The position numbers were made by a program, and so were the translations under genes. Of a stretch of DNA of 64,000 nucleotides, positions 63,697-64,000 are shown piece after piece. Location of the stretch: the NCBI GenBank assembly GCA_943356525.1, contig CALRFG010000001.1, positions 7,278 to 71,277 of the forward strand. Direction: 5' to 3'. Each line of letters begins with the position of its first letter. The stretch's first letter is position 1. Source of the stretch: Candidatus Nomurabacteria bacterium (lineage in GTDB: Bacteria > Patescibacteriota > Minisyncoccia > Phycocordibacterales > CAIZLB01). The notes beneath the pieces are model-generated. The model did no database searches, was not told the origin of the DNA, and saw only the letters and a program-made list of their open reading frames with translations.

Positions 63697-64000
63697 AAAT
63701 TTGTATAAAAAAAATAATAAATTTGGATTTTCTATTATGGAAATAATTATTTATTTTAGTTTATTAGCCATGATTTCGACTTTGGTCACAACTAATATTA
63801 TTTCTCTATTTAAGAATTATAATATAACTAGGTCAAATCAAGAGATAGAATATAATGCAATAAATATACTAGATAAGCTAACTCGCGACACAAGAGATGC
63901 AGAAAGTATAAATATAACCGATAGTTCTTTTTCTGTTCCTCAAGGTGCTGTTTCACTACACATTACATCTTCTACAAATGATAATGCTTCAAATACCATA
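63689..64000 (+). CDS. type IV prepilin-like protein, partial (runs off the window end)
   Basis: Hand translation MNKNLYKKNNKFGFSIMEIIIYFSLLAMISTLV...; the start overlaps the previous stop by 8 nt. Confidence 0.7.
   Translation, partial: MNKNLYKKNNKFGFSIMEIIIYFSLLAMISTLVTTNIISLFKNYNITRSNQEIEYNAINILDKLTRDTRDAESINITDSSFSVPQGAVSLHITSSTNDNASNTI

Overview
Low-GC (~30%) bacterial chromosome segment whose gene content suggests a CPR/Patescibacteria genome, possibly Saccharibacteria-like (genes are standard code, small and streamlined). It contains the replication origin neighbourhood (rpmH-rnpA-yidC, then dnaA-dnaN on the opposite strand with clustered DnaA boxes), a tmRNA gene, five tRNAs (His, Arg, Gly-GCC, Pro, Gly-TCC), housekeeping genes (tsaE, ruvBC, PBP1A, rsmA, pcrA/uvrD, rpsO, xerC/D-like, cca, hup, clpP, rsmE, cls-like, nusA, ppaC, tig) and type IV pilus genes (two PilB/GspE ATPases, pilC, three prepilins). 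Three accessory blocks stand out. (1) 3.3-10.9 kb is a tandem array of three paralogous giant secreted proteins next to tsaE. They share a ~90-aa Cys-containing C-terminal domain ending CR[VI][NS]P[ET]I[NS]EI, carry duplicated promoter copies and a duplicated tsaE 3' fragment, and the middle copy is frameshifted. (2) 26.2-39.7 kb is a type IV secretion-like locus (VirB4 ATPase, VirB6-like polytopic protein, VirB3-like protein, embedded tRNA-His). It is preceded by two tandem genes whose first 265 aa are near-identical (817-bp, ~99% repeat) but whose C-terminal domains differ and both look peptidoglycan-active (3D-domain vs L,D-transpeptidase/Tlde-like), with a small membrane protein between them. 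This has a polymorphic effector/immunity-like organisation. (3) A 1.8-kb insertion-like segment flanked by a 14-nt direct repeat of the tmRNA 3' end. All calls come from reading the sequence and the ORF translations by eye; no database searches were run.
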